64,000 bases of DNA from Geosiphon pyriformis uo1 (Eukaryota > Fungi > Glomeromycota). Below the pieces are notes generated by a model that saw only the letters and a program-made list of their open reading frames with translations, had not been told where the DNA came from and searched no databases. The stretch lies in NCBI GenBank assembly GCA_016748015.1, contig JAAOMT010000762.1, positions 310,001 through 374,000 of the forward strand. The letters are read 5' to 3'. Both the position numbers and the translations under genes were made by a program. Below are positions 35,064 to 48,813 of this stretch, in pieces; within the stretch, counting starts at the first letter, position 1; each line of letters opens with the position of its first letter.

Positions 35064-38000
35064 GTGATTTTGTGTGGAAAATTGCTACATATAATGTTTG
35101 CAGTATCAATGTCTTTGCCAAACAAGAGAATATTATCTATTGACATAAAAATTCTGGAATTTTGGTTTCAATAGTTATGGAAACAAAGTTAAGGTCTAAC
35201 AGTAGATCATAAATTAAGAATAAGTTTAATGGGATTAGGGTTTTTTATCTGGGTTGAACAAGGGGTTTCTTGGTGCTAAAGTGGTAATTATCATGAATAC
35301 TTTTCTGGCTTATCATGTCTATAAGGTTTCTGAAATGTCTGGCTGGCTCCTTTTTGTTAAGTTGCTTTTTAATATATAAGCTTTCTGTATTAATATTGGG
35401 TTTCTACACTGGCACTTCTCTGGTTGTTTGTTTTTTTTAAGCTGGCAAGATTAACTCTTTGATTACAAAGACTGTAAATAAATTTTTTATTATTATTCTG
35501 GGTGACAATTTTAATGAAAATAGTTTCTGTAGGTGTGCTAGTTTCAAGAAATGTCTTGATTTAGGATTGGTTAATTTTCTGTTAGAAAGTTTGGTTGCAA
35601 AAAGTTCTATATAGAGAAATTCAAGGAGTACTGAAAAGACAATAGACTATGTGTTTATTTCTTCAAGTTTGGTTAATGCAGTTGTAAGTTGTGATGTGTT
35701 GAATGTTAGTGAACACTTTAACACTGATCACCAAACTGTTTCTGTGTCCATAAGTTTCAGTAGACTTTTGAATACACAGCTGAACTTTTTCTGCAAACAA
35801 GCAAATAGGAATTATTGGAAGTTTAACATTAAGAATACTGATAAGACAAAGTGGTATAGGTACAAAGAATCTATAGTAACAAATGCAACAATGTTTTCCA
35901 GTAAGTTTTTTGCAGCTAAAAGATTTAAGAATTTGGATGCTATGTGGAATGCTGTTCACAAAGTAATGTGTCTTTTAGTAAATAAGGTTTTTAAAAAGAA
36001 ATGGTTCAAAAGCTTTGATGGTGTTTTTACCAGAAAGTTTTCTAAGTTTTATAAGTTGGAGATTTTGGTGTCAAAGATAGTCAAGTCCTTGTATAGAAGT
36101 GTTAATAGTGTGTTTGAGTCTTTAATAAGCTGCTGAACATCTTTGAACATCAATATGACATCATCTGTTTAGACTTTGTTAGATTCTAATGTGGATCTTG
36201 ATTATGTACATTCAGTTCTTTTCACTGTGTGTAAATTATATTATGCCTCCAAGCTTGCTAAGTTTTTGTGAACTGAGGAGTCAAAAATTAAGGTGGCTAT
36301 TAATAAATGAATAGAGAATTTTGTAGTTAATAAAGATTACACAATTAAGAGCATGCTAGAGCATTCTTTCCAGAAGGTGGCTTTGGATCATTTGGTTATT
36401 GAGAATGAACTGGTTTTGAAACCTAATCTGGTTAAGGCCAAGGTGGATGAGATTATAGAGAGCTAGACTAGGAAGTAAAAGGTGGTAGTGGATTTTTCTG
36501 ATGATTGGTCTTGTCAATACCAGTCTTTAGAGTATGTTTTTAATAATGCTTTTTCAAATGTAATATGTTCAGTTAGTTTTGATAAGTTGCTTAGTGTAGT
36601 TTTTAATCTGCCTAATGACAAAGCTGCTGGTTTCTCTGGGGTCTTAAATAAGCTCTGAAAGCATTGTGATAAGTTGGTTTTAAATATGTTTTTGGTGTTT
36701 TTGAATTTTTGTTTGTCTTGTGAGACAGTGCTTAGTGCTTAGAAAGAAGCTTAGGTCTTAATGATTTTTAAGCCATATAAATGGGAGGAAGTTCTTATAA
36801 ATACCCAACCTATTACATTAATTGAAACTGCCTGCAAAATTTTTTTCAAAATCCTCTTGAACAGAATCTCTTTAGCATGCAGCACTTTTGATGTTTTACA
36901 TGAAGACAATTTCTCAGTTTTAAAAGATATAACAATGTAATTTCCCATTTTTGTCATTGGTTTGGTTATTGAGAATGCTTTGAAAAAGAACTGTGAACTT
37001 TGGCTGGTTTTGCAGGACATGTAAAAGGTCTACAATTCTGTTGGATAAAAGCATCTTAGAAAAAACTTGCTCAAGAAAAAAATGTGTGACAAATTCATTA
37101 GATTTTTTGGTAGTATTCACAATAATTGCTTTAACAGAGTTATGACTGATTTTGGATTAATAAATAAGTATTGGGTGCATAATAGTTTGGATTAAGGAAA
37201 GAAATTCTTACCTCTTCTTTGGTACATATTTTATGATCTTTTTTTATGTAAAGTCAAGAGACAAGAAAATATATATGGATATAGGTTGAACTTTTATTTT
37301 ATTGCCAAAACTAGTCATGTAGAATCTTAGACTGAATTGATGTCTTTTCTTGCTGCTGGTGCTTTTGTTGATAATACAATTTGAGTTGGTAGCAGTTAGA
37401 CTGCAACACAACACATTCTCAATGTTGCTAATGAATTTTTTAGAATCAATAACATTTTCATTAATAATAATAAAACAGTGGCCATTCCTATCAATTGTAA
37501 AGTTAAATGCACTTCTTTGTTAATCAGTGGTTTGCCTATTTCCATCACCAAAAAAGAAGAGTCTTATTACTACCTAAATATTTTTTTGTTCACCAAGAGT
37601 TTGTTGAAGTCTAGTTTAGTTAAAGCATATTTGGATATCAGGTTTTTTGCCAATCTTGTTCTAAGAAAGACTATTTTAGATAAACAGTTCTTATATTTGG
37701 TATTAGCTGTTTTTTATCCTATTGTTAGCTACAGAACACAGTTTAGCTTTGTTCTTATTAAAGTGTATAAAAAGTGGGATGCTTTGATTTGCAAAGACTT
37801 GAAATTGAAATCTGGTTTGCCTCTCAACTTTTTTAGTAATGTGTTTTATTATTCTTTATTGTATAGTTTGAAAACTTTTGAACAAATTCAGACTGAAAAC
37901 AAAGTGGCTTCTGTTGTGTGTTTTGCAAACTTTGTTGGGATTTTGAGTTGTTTGTTTTTACACAGGTCTCTTGATTTACAAGCTTTAAGTTGGTATCTAC

Positions 38001-39748
38001 TTCATTTTTTGATTTTTCTGGCTCATATTAGAGTCAGTTTGTCTAATAACTTTTTAGCAAGTGTGATTTGTATTTTTCTTGAGTACAATTTGTCTTTAAG
38101 TAGTCTAATAGTCAGTTTTTTTTGATTTTGGAATAGAACTTCTATGTCAGCTGTTTTTGGTGAGACTGAGTTTTCTATGTTTTTCTCTTTGCTTTGGTAA
38201 TATGACATAGCTTTTGTGGAGCAGCTTTGCTGTTGAAAGGGTGCTATCTTTGATTAAAAAACCTTCAAGTAATGAAAAAAACTGAATTCACATGGCTCTG
38301 TTTCTAATTGGTTTAGGCTTTCTGTTAATTTTCTTAATAGTGTAGCTTTTTTTTCTGCTGATCCTCTGTTTTTGAGCGGTTTTGGATTTTTAAGTGTTCT
38401 AGAGCCTTATAAGTTTAGACATGTTTATAACCATTTGTTAGATGTTATAACTAATAGTCTTTTTGTCTATACAGATAGATTCTTGAAGAACCTGGGGAGT
38501 CTTAATATGAGAACTGATGTGGCAGTTTTTTTTGAAGATATAAACATGAATTTGGGGATTAAGATCTCTGGTCTATTATTTTCTACTTTAGCAGAGCTGC
38601 AGACTATTGCATTGGCTTTTGAATGCATCTCCTCTCTTAGGTCAGTTTGCCTTTTTACAGACAATCAAGTTGTCTTAAATACATGCAAATTAGAATTGGG
38701 TCTGGCACATCTAGATTTTTGAAATCAGTACTGAGTCAAGCATCAGCATATTGTAAATATTATTAAGAAGAAAAATTTAAATGTTAATTGGTGCAAAGTT
38801 GAAGATTATTTGGGTAACTTGGATAATAAACATGCTGATCCACTTGCCAATGCTGCTTTTTTTTCTCTCTGGTGTCTTTCTTCTAATTTAAAGAAACATT
38901 GTATTTTGGCTAAAGGTGGTGTTGTTTCTGGTAATTCTAGATATTTTGTTTGTGAAATCTTTCAGTTCATTTATCATGTGTGCTGAAAAATTGGTTTTAG
39001 GTCTGGTATTTTGGATAATAGTTTACTCTTAGATGTTAATTGGCCTAGTTCATCCTTGGTATGATATTTCAATTCACACATGGCTCCTGGTTTCACTAGT
39101 AGGCTTACTGCTGGTACTCACACATACTTCATGAAAGCTTTACATTGTCAATTGCCAGTTGCTGTGCAGAAGCATCTATATGACAAGTGTTATCCTAGTG
39201 TTTTATGTTTGTATTGTGGCAATGTTGAGGTTTCTAATCATGTTTTTTCTAGTGTAGTTGATGAATCTATTTGTCATTATTTGTTGGATGTCTATGCAGC
39301 TGTTTGGTATGTGCTTTTTGGTTTTTTTCTCTTCTTTTCATGTGTGTTTTAATTGTTGTCTTTCTGTGTTTCAAATGTTGCAGTGTGCACAGCTCTTTAC
39401 AAGAGCTTTGTCTTTAAAAATTAACTTTAAGAGGCTGCATCTGTTTTTAATAGTTTCAAAATTGTGAGTCAGAAGATTGTGAACTTTGTATATAATTTCT
39501 GTCTTGCTTTTAGAAAGAAAATTTGGTTAGTTTGCATTAAATATTGTGTTTTTATAGGAAAAAATAAGCTGATACCATGTAATGATTTAGTTTCGAAATT
39601 AGTTTTTGGGCTATTTTTGTTGTTTTCTTTTAGTATAATTAAATTGTTAGGTATTAATGAGGTGTTTGGTATTGGTTTTGGATTTTAAAAGTCTCATTTA
39701 TTTTTTTCAGATATTGAAAATCTAGTCTCTGTTTATATAAGTGCTTAG
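35060..39748 (+). pseudogene. E6 ORF2, disrupted
   Basis: MSDFVWKIAT, METKL, TDH, AFVDNTI, YTDRF, AELQT, FTDNQ, CLYCGNVEVSNH. Confidence 0.9.
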
Positions 39749-40156
39749 TGTTGTTCTAATTGGCTTGAGTGATTGGTTACATATAAAAAATGCATGATTT
39801 ATACCTAGTTTAGATTGATTATTTGATGTATTATACTAAGCAGTATTTGGACTTTACTCATTAAATAATAATAATAATAATAAAATTAAGCAAGACTAAT
39901 TGTAATAATTAATATATTAAATTTAATTTTTATTAATAATATTGAGCTTAAAATTAACTAATTATTTTAAATTAAATATATATACTATTTTATAATTAGT
40001 ATTAAAAAATTTATTAACTTTATTAATTTTTTTTTTATGTTTATTGAGTAAAGTCCAAATGCTACTTAATACTATACATCATACAAATAATCTAAACTAA
40101 GTGCGAATCATGTATTTTCCACATGTGACCAACCACTCAGACCAATTAGAATGGCA

Positions 40157-43100
40157 CTAAACATCTATATGAACAGAGATCATGTCACCAATTCTTGAGA
40201 AAAACTGATAAGACTTATGGAATCCGAAACCAATACTATGTGCATTGACAATACCCAACAATTTAATGATGCCAATTGATAGAACTGAAAGAAGACCAGA
40301 AACAGAGACACATATGAAGCCATTGCATAGAATCAGCCCATTTTTTTCCATAAAAGCCTAGTGTTTGGCACAAACCAGCCAAATATCCTCCTGAAATGCC
40401 ACATACAACCCGTGCACAAAATTCACTATATTTAAACTCACTATCTTGAAATCCTTAAAAACAGAAACAGCCAATCATTGAAAACAAAACTTTTATACAG
40501 AGCTGCACCAACAGCCACATCAGAAGCACAAGTAGACAGCAACTGATAAACACACAAAAAAGAATGAGACAACCCAGAACTTGTCATTCAAGCAGAAACA
40601 TAAGTGTTCATCAAACAAGCATGATCAACAGCATTAAACGGACAAAAAAAAACATGATCCGAGATCTCAACATTTCCACAGAACAAACACAATATACTGG
40701 GATGATACCTATTATAAAGACACTTCTGTACAGCAACTGGAAGCTGACAATGCAAAGCTTTTATGAAATAAGATCGAAGACCAGCAGTCCACACACTAGT
40801 AAAACCAGCAGCCAGGTGAGAATCTGGATGCCAAATCAACAACAATTTAGACCAATCAATATCAGTATGGAGAATACTTGCCACAATCTGGGAACCAGAA
40901 CCAATCTTCCAATGAACTTGATGAACAGACTGGAAAACACCATAAACAAAATTCTTAGAATTGCCAAAAACTACAGTACCACCAGTCCTCAAAAATTGTT
41001 CTCCAACCAAATAGGGCAAGTGCCAACCAAATGATGCTGCAGACTTAGCTAATGCATCAGCACGCTTATTGTCTAATACATCTGAGTAACTTTTAACCTT
41101 AATCCAATTGACATCCAAATTTTTATGATGAATAACATTTACTATATGACAGTGTTCTATCCAATACCAATTTCTGAAATCCGGTTTAAACAAAGAAAAT
41201 TCAGATTTGCATGCATCCAAGACCATCTGGCTGTTTGAGAACAGATCAACTGAATGAAAAGAAGGAACACATTTGAGAGCCAAAGCAATTGTCTGCAACT
41301 TTATCATTGTAGAAGAAATCAAGCCAGACACTTTTACCCCCAATCCCAAATCTATATCCTCAAAATAAGCAGCAGTGCCAGCCTTCATACCAAGAGTCCC
41401 CAAGCCACTCAGAGACTCATCTGTAAATACAGAAAGACAAACAGTGTCAACACACAACAAATTATTACCAATAACTTCAAACTTATGAGACCGAAGAATA
41501 TCAGAAGAAACACAAATGTCCATAAGTAGTGGGCTAGCAGAAGAAGACACCACACCATTAAGAAAACGAACAAAAAGCTTAAACTAGACAGGAATTGGAC
41601 CATGTAAGTCCAACTGCTTCCACTTCTTAAAAGTCTTCTAATTAAAAACATCTCCATTCCAGTCATGCAGTTGCTCCACAAAAGCAATACCATAGTGACA
41701 GAGTAAAGAAACACACTTGAAAAAACAATGCTCATCCAGAACAAAAGACATAGGAGTACTACCACAAAAACAAAAAACACCAGCCAGAGAATTACCCAGA
41801 GAAAAATCACATCCAAAAAAAATATGAACTATCTCTGCCAAGAAATTATCTAAAGAACAGATCCTAACACAAACTGGAAACTGCAAAGGGTGGCAGGGCT
41901 GCCAACTGAAAACCTGGAAATCATGAAACCTATGAGAAAACAACTGACTTAAAATTCCAACAGAATTTGCAAAAAAACAACAGAAGCTGACTTGCTTTCA
42001 GCTTGAATTTGCTCAAAAGTTTTTAAATCATACAAAAAAAGATGATGAAATGCATCACTGAAAAAATTGTGTGGAAGGCCAGATTTAAACTTCAAGCCCT
42101 TGTGAATTAGGGCATTCTATTTATTGCATACATTAAGAGAAATATAACTGAACTGCATTCTATAACAAATGATCAGAAAAATGACAGCAAATACCAAATA
42201 CAAACTGCTTATCTGAGACCGTCTTCTTTAAAACAAGATTAGCAAAAAACCATACATCTAAATAAGCCTTAACCAAGCTTGGCCTTGATAAACCCTCAAT
42301 TGACAAAAAAATACTTAGATAATGATAAGATTTATCTTTCCTGGCAATGGAAATAGGAGAGCCACTAATAGTCAGATGAGAGTTTGTTACCTGACAGTTG
42401 ATAAGAATGGCCACTGTTTTGTCATTATTTATGGAAATGTCATTAAACCTGAAAAATTCACTAGTAACATTAAGAATGTGTTGTGTAGTAGCCTAGCTAC
42501 TATCAACCCAAATTGTATCATCGACAAAAGCACCAGCAGCAAAAAAAGAAGTCAAACCAGCCTAAGGATCTGCTCAGCCAGTTCTGAAAATAAAATAGGA
42601 ATTCAACCTGTAACCACACACACTTTTCTGCCTCTTGACTTCACACCATAGTAAATCATAGAATATGTGTCAAAGAAGAGATGAGAAAACTTCCCCTTGG
42701 TCCAACCCATCATGAACACAATATTTATCAGTCAGGCCAAAGTCTGTCATCACCTTGTTAATATGACCATTGTGAATGCTGCCAAAAAATTTTATAAATC
42801 TGCCACACATCTTGATCCTGACCAGACTTTTTCTGAAATGTTTCCAACCAACCAAGTCATAAGCCTTACACATGTCTTGTAAAACCAACCAAAGTTCTCT
42901 GTTCTTTTCCAAAACATTCTCAACAACAGAACCAACAGCAAAAATGGGAGACTGTGTTGTTATACCTTTTAAAACAGAGAAGTTATCCCCACAAAGAACA
43001 TTAAAAGCACTGCAAGCTGAAGAAATCCTATTAGAAAAAACCTTGAAGAGGATCTTGTGGGCTGTTTTAATCAGATTAATAGAATGAGTATTCGTAAGAA

Positions 43101-44699
43101 CATCTTCCCATTCATATGATTTAGGAATCATCAAAACCCAAGCTTTTTTCCAAGATCCAGGAACTGATTCACCAACTAAGCAAAAGTTCAAAAACACCAG
43201 AAGCATATCTAAAACTGATTTGTCACAATGTTTCCATAATTCATTTGAGATGCCAGAAAGGCCAGCCATCTTTTTATTAAGAAGATTTTTGATGATGGCA
43301 GACATCTCATCAAAACCAATCAGACATATAACACCAGAAAAAGCACCATCAAACACATAGTTCAGAGGCTAATATTGGTGAACCCAATCATCAAAGAAAT
43401 CAGACACCACTTTACGTTTCCTGGTCCATCTTTCCATAATCTTATTCACCTTAGATTTGATCAGATTAGGCTTCAAAATTAATTCATCACTCACAACCAA
43501 ATAATCCAAAACCACCTTACAAAAAAAACACTCTAATACACTTCTGATAGTATGACCTTTGTTTAACTCAAAAATCTTTATCCTCTTACCAATAGCCTGC
43601 TTGATATGAGACTTCTCAACACACTTGAATTCCAACAACTTGAATGAGTGGTATAATTTTCTTGCTTTGACAAGTGCAAAATGAATAATATCAAAATTAG
43701 AATCTGAAAGAAAAAAAGATTTCACTGTCAATGCACTAGTGGAATTAAGCTTGTCCCATATGCCCAACAATAAAACAAAATCATCACTAGAAATCAAATA
43801 CAAAGCCTCAACCAGCTTGGAAACCAGCAACTCCAACTTATGAAATCTAAAAGACTTCTTGGTAAAAACACTATCAAAACTCTTGAACCATTTCTTCTTA
43901 AATGTATTATTAGCTGAGAGAACCATGATCTTATGAACAATGTCCCACATTGTGTCCAGATCTGAAAACCTCACAGCAAGATTAAATGCATCTGAAAACA
44001 TGAAAGCATTAGCAGCCGTATTATTCCTGAATTCTAACCATTTTATTTTATTGGCATTTTTAAAGTTAAACATCCAACAATCTCTATTTGCTTGCCTGTA
44101 AAGAGAATTTAAATGCATATCTAAAAGTCCACCCAAATCCAATGACACAGAAACAGCCTGGTAATCCATGTCAAAATGTTCACTAACATTGAAAATGCCA
44201 CAACAAACCATTGTACTGACCAGATTTGGAGAAACAAACACATAGTTAATGGTTTTCACAACACCTCTAAAATTTGCCCAAGTGGATGTCTTAGCAGCCA
44301 AACTACTGACCAAAGAATTAACCAGTTCCAGATCAAGACATTTCTTAAAACTAGCACACTTATGAGACCCATCTTTATTAAAATTACTACCAAGAACAAC
44401 AAAAAAAGACTCATTAATAGTCTTTACAATAAGAGAGTTAATTTCACCAGCTTAAAAAAACCAGACTGCCGAAAAAGCACTAGCACCCAGATAACCAGAA
44501 TCCAGACTAGAAGTAAATATCCAAACACCATCAAATTTGTTAATAATCCAGGAGCAAACTTTCTCTTTTAACTTAGATTCTATGAAAATAAAAACTAAAT
44601 TGTTCATATTCTTATGCCAACAAATGATATATCTTGTTTAGCAGAATTGTTTATTCCTCTAATATTACAAGTTGCAAATTTTCAGATCTTATTACTCAT
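40157..44699 (-). pseudogene. E7 ORF2, disrupted; 132-bp deletion in the endonuclease domain
   Basis: QDMCKAYD, GLDQGEVFS, AFVDDTIW, FTDES, CLFCGNVEISDHVFFC. Confidence 0.92.
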
Positions 44700-46491
44700 T
44701 GAGAAAAAAAAAAGGTAGAAACTGAACCAGCATTGTTCAACTTAACTGAAAAGCTCATAACTGTAATTGAAAAATTGTTCAATGTTTCCTCCATTTTTGA
44801 GATAACAGTAAGATCAAAAGCCATCACTCTTGCAACAGTCTTATTACCAGTGGTCACACCCAAACCCTCACTCATCACTATATCTGTTCCTTGATTCTAT
44901 AATGAAGGAGTTATCAACGGCTGACATCCAGGGCTAAGCTAGGAAACCATTGGCTTAGGTGTGTCCAACCTCTTAGCCAACATGTCAACACACTCTGTAA
45001 GACTGGCGAGACTGTGCTCAAGAGTGGCAAACCTATTATTCAATTTCAAAGACACCAGCAAAGTAGGCTTCATTTCCAAAGAGGAGCCAGCTTTCAACAA
45101 AATATTCTGACCAGAAGAAGAAAGGAAAGAAAACCCACCAGCAATTTGTGTCCATGAAACACCACTGAAAGAAACAGAATGAGCAACTGGAGCCAAGCAT
45201 TTGGCATATATGGCAGCCAGCCTAAATTTATCTGAGTTCAAAAGAGTTTTCTATAATGAAACACCAAAAAAATATTCTTTTTCTTACCAATAGGACAGAC
45301 TAATAATGTGTGGTCCAATTTTTCATACCCAATACACTTGGCTAAAACAAGATGGGACCAGTACAGATTGGCCCCTTTTAGAACAGGCGTGGTTTTTATG
45401 ACTACATTCAATGACTCAACAGAATAAAAAAAAACAGTAGCACACCTGGCTCAGACATAAGAAACTGGATAATAGTCAATTATACAAGTCTTTCCACCCA
45501 CTAAAGCAACATAATCCCAAATATTATGTGTATTAGTTCCCATTGGCAGAGTGTACAAAAAGGCTTTATAAACATCTTGTACATCTTATGATTTTTTGTC
45601 CACATCAGATCTAGTAACATGAACAGCATTTTTCCTAATCAGGATAGACCATTTTGCTGTGACCAAATCAGCATAATCAACCTGTTTAAATTCAACCACT
45701 GTTTTTTGTCACAGCCCCACCAATTGCATCTTGATTGACTTAATCAATCCAAACTCAGATAGTGCAGCATGCACAGCCTTTGCCAATGTTTCAATTGGAA
45801 TTTCCTTCAACACCACAGCCCGATCTGAACATCCAGATGATTTTTTAAGATCGGTATTTACCAAGATTTTTGCTTCTTTAGCCTTTTTTAAAGTCTGTGC
45901 CATACTTGATTCAAAAGTAAACATTGCTCTGATGATCTCAGTAAATTTTGAGGGGGTAGAGGCCCCCCCAAAACCATTGATTCTTGAAAATAACTTTCTG
46001 AACACTTGTAGTTTTTCTTGAGAAGATTTCCCACCCATCTTGTCTAACCCAATATCTAAAGTGAAAGATTTGTGAACAGAAATGTTGACCAGATTTTTGA
46101 GAGGTGGGAGGAGTTCTAATGGAGCATCCAAGAGAACATCATTATCAACATTGCTTGATGAAAAATTTATTTTACCCAATGGCTTGTCTGATGCTTTTTT
46201 GGTTTTGATCTTTGAACCAGTAGATGTCTGATTAGAATCTCTTTTAGCAAGAGCACTACTTTCACCATAATCAAAACTGGTCTTTTTCACTAGACATTTT
46301 TCCTCTATATTAATACTCTCAGACTCAGTGGTGTCACCAGTCTCCAAACCCCATAAGCAACTATTTTGAACCTTGAAATCAATACTTATATTACCAGAAC
46401 CATCTTCTAAAACACTACTCCTCCTCTTTTTTCTCGGAAGAACAGATCTGAAGCCATCACTAGAACCAAAGACTTTAGCAGTCTTTTTCAT
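44696..46491 (-). pseudogene. E7 ORF1, disrupted
   Basis: ORF 45709-46491 (VVLKEIPIET...EFGLIKSIKMQLVGL) plus fragments ending SQ*. Confidence 0.9.
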
Positions 46492-47022
46492 GACAGCAAT
46501 ACTACAGCCAATAGTGGCCTTATAGTCAAAAATAAAGGGTTTGGATTTATTATATTGAATTGTAAAAAACTTTTTTCAAAAAACTTTAGACTCTTTTTTA
46601 GGAATTTGGAATGAAAGAGAGAAAGAAGTTTTTTTTTAATTTTCAACCAAAATTTCAAAAAATTTTTTTACTAAAAACAAAAAGGTAATAATTTATTAAC
46701 TATTTTTAAAATTCTGTTAAATTTAGTTTTTTATCTTAAATTTTTTTAATAAAATATTAAACAATTTTATATTTTTAAACAATATTTATATAATAACTAT
46801 ATTTATTTTTATTGAAATTTGTATTAATAATTATGAAAATATTTTTATTTATTATTTTTGTTATAATTTTATTAATAAATTAATAACTTTCTCTCCTTTG
46901 TTTCAAAAATTCTAAAAAAGAGTCAAAAGTTTTTTTTAAAAAAGTTTTTTACAATTCAGTACAATAAATCTAAACCCTTTATTCTTGACTACGAGGCCAC
47001 TGTTGGCTGTAGTATTGCTGTC

Positions 47023-48813
47023 ATGAAGAAAACTACCAAAAGTTTTGGCTCTGGTGATGGTTTCAAATCTGTTGTTCTTAGAAAAAAGAAATGGAGTGGT
47101 ACTTTAGAAGATAGTCTTGGCAAAGAAAAATTGGTTTTTAATGTTCAAAGTAACTGTTTATAGAGTTTGGAGACCAGTGACACCACCGAGTCTGACAGTA
47201 TTGACATGGAAGAGGAGTGTCTAGTTGAGGAAACCAGTTTCAATTATGGTGAAGACATTGCTTTTGCAGATGGGGATCTTAATCAGATGCCTAAAGGCTC
47301 TAAAATTAAAACTAAGAAAGCATTGAGCAAGCCATTAGGAAAGATTAACTTTTCTGTTGGCAGTGATAAAAATAGTGTTCTCTTCAATACTCTGTTGATG
47401 CTTTCCTCCTCTCTCAAAAATTTGGTTAATGTTTCTGTTAGGAAATCTTTTGTTCTGGATATTAGCTTGGACAATGTTGCTGAGAAATCTGCTCAGGATA
47501 AGTTGGCTGTAATCAGAAAATTATTTTCAAAAATTAATGGTTTTAGGAGGACTTCTACTTCTTCAAAATTTTTTGGGATCATCCAGACAACATTTACTTC
47601 TGAATTGGATTTGATGAAAGCCACTGAAAAGACTGCTGATGCAAAGATTGTGGTAAACACTGATTTCAAGAAATCAACTGGTTGTTCAGATTGGGCTGTA
47701 GTGATAAAAAAAATTCCAGTTGAAACATCAACTGAGACTGTGTATGCTGCACTGTCTGAATTTGGTGTAATTAAGTTAATCAAAATACAATTGGTAAGAC
47801 TGTGGCAAAAAGCAATTATTAAGTTTAAGAAACAATCTCAGGCTGATCTTTTGGCAGATAGATGGTCCATCCTGATTGGAAAGGATATAATGCACATTGC
47901 TAGATCAGATTTGGATAAGATTATATGAGATAAAAGAGATCTTCATAGAGCATTGTTCTATACTCTACCTGTAGGAACAAATGCTCATGACATCTGGGAC
48001 TTTATTGGTTCTGTAGGTGAGAAAACATGTGTAATCAATCATCATCTAGTTATATACACTAAGGCCAGATGTGCTGTTGTTTGTTTTGAGTCGGCCAAAT
48101 CATTGGATGCCATTATGGGAATCACACCCATATTAAGAAGTGATCATCTTTGTTGGTTCTATCTTGGTTCTGCTACATGTACAAAGTGTGGGAGGTTGGG
48201 TCATACTTCTTTGGGCTGTGGTTCTGATGGAAAATTGTCTTCTGGTAGATTGCTACGTCAGGTGCTTTCAGATTTTGATAAAAGTAGATTGGCGACTATT
48301 TATGCCAAACATTCAGCTCCAGTCACTTGGCCAGTTGCTTTTGGTGGTGCTTCATGGGCTAGTATTGTCAGTGGGTCTTTTTTCCCCTCTTTCTCTGGTC
48401 AGAATGTTTCTTCAAAAATTGGCTCCTCTTCGGAGATGAAACTTATCTCACTGGTGTTTTTAGAAATGAATGATAGGTTTGTCACTCTTGAGTGCAGTCT
48501 CACCAGCCTTGCAGAGCATGTTGATAAGCTGGCTAAGAGGTTGGACACATCTGGGCCAATGGTTTTCCAGCTTAGCTCTGGATGTCAGCCATTGGTAACC
48601 CCTTCATCACAGAATTAAGAAGCAGATATAGTGATAAGTGAGAGTTTGGGTGTGGTCACTAGTGGTGAGACTGTAGTAAAAGCAGTGGTTTTTGATCTTT
48701 TGGTTGTCTTGAAAATGGAAGAAACTTTGAGAAATCTTTCAGTTACAGTTATGAGTTTTTTAGCTAAAATAGACAATACTGGTCTGGTGCCTATTATTTA
48801 TTCTTCTCAATAA
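47023..48813 (+). pseudogene. E8 ORF1, disrupted
   Basis: MKKTTK start, knuckle CTKCGRLGHTSLGC, ends SQ*. Confidence 0.9.

Larger units (their letters stand above)
32975..39882 (+). mobile_element. Full-length LINE copy E6 with (AAT)n tail
   Basis: Leader, ORF1, ORF2, 3' UTR from 39749, tail of about six AAT units, 13-bp TSD. Confidence 0.94.
40031..46635 (-). mobile_element. Full-length LINE copy E7 (A tail), same subfamily as E8
   Basis: T-run 40027-40036, 3' UTR ~40040-40156, ORF2, ORF1, leader to ~46632. Candidate TSD TTAATTTT at 40023-40030 and 46636-46643 is low complexity. Confidence 0.93.
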
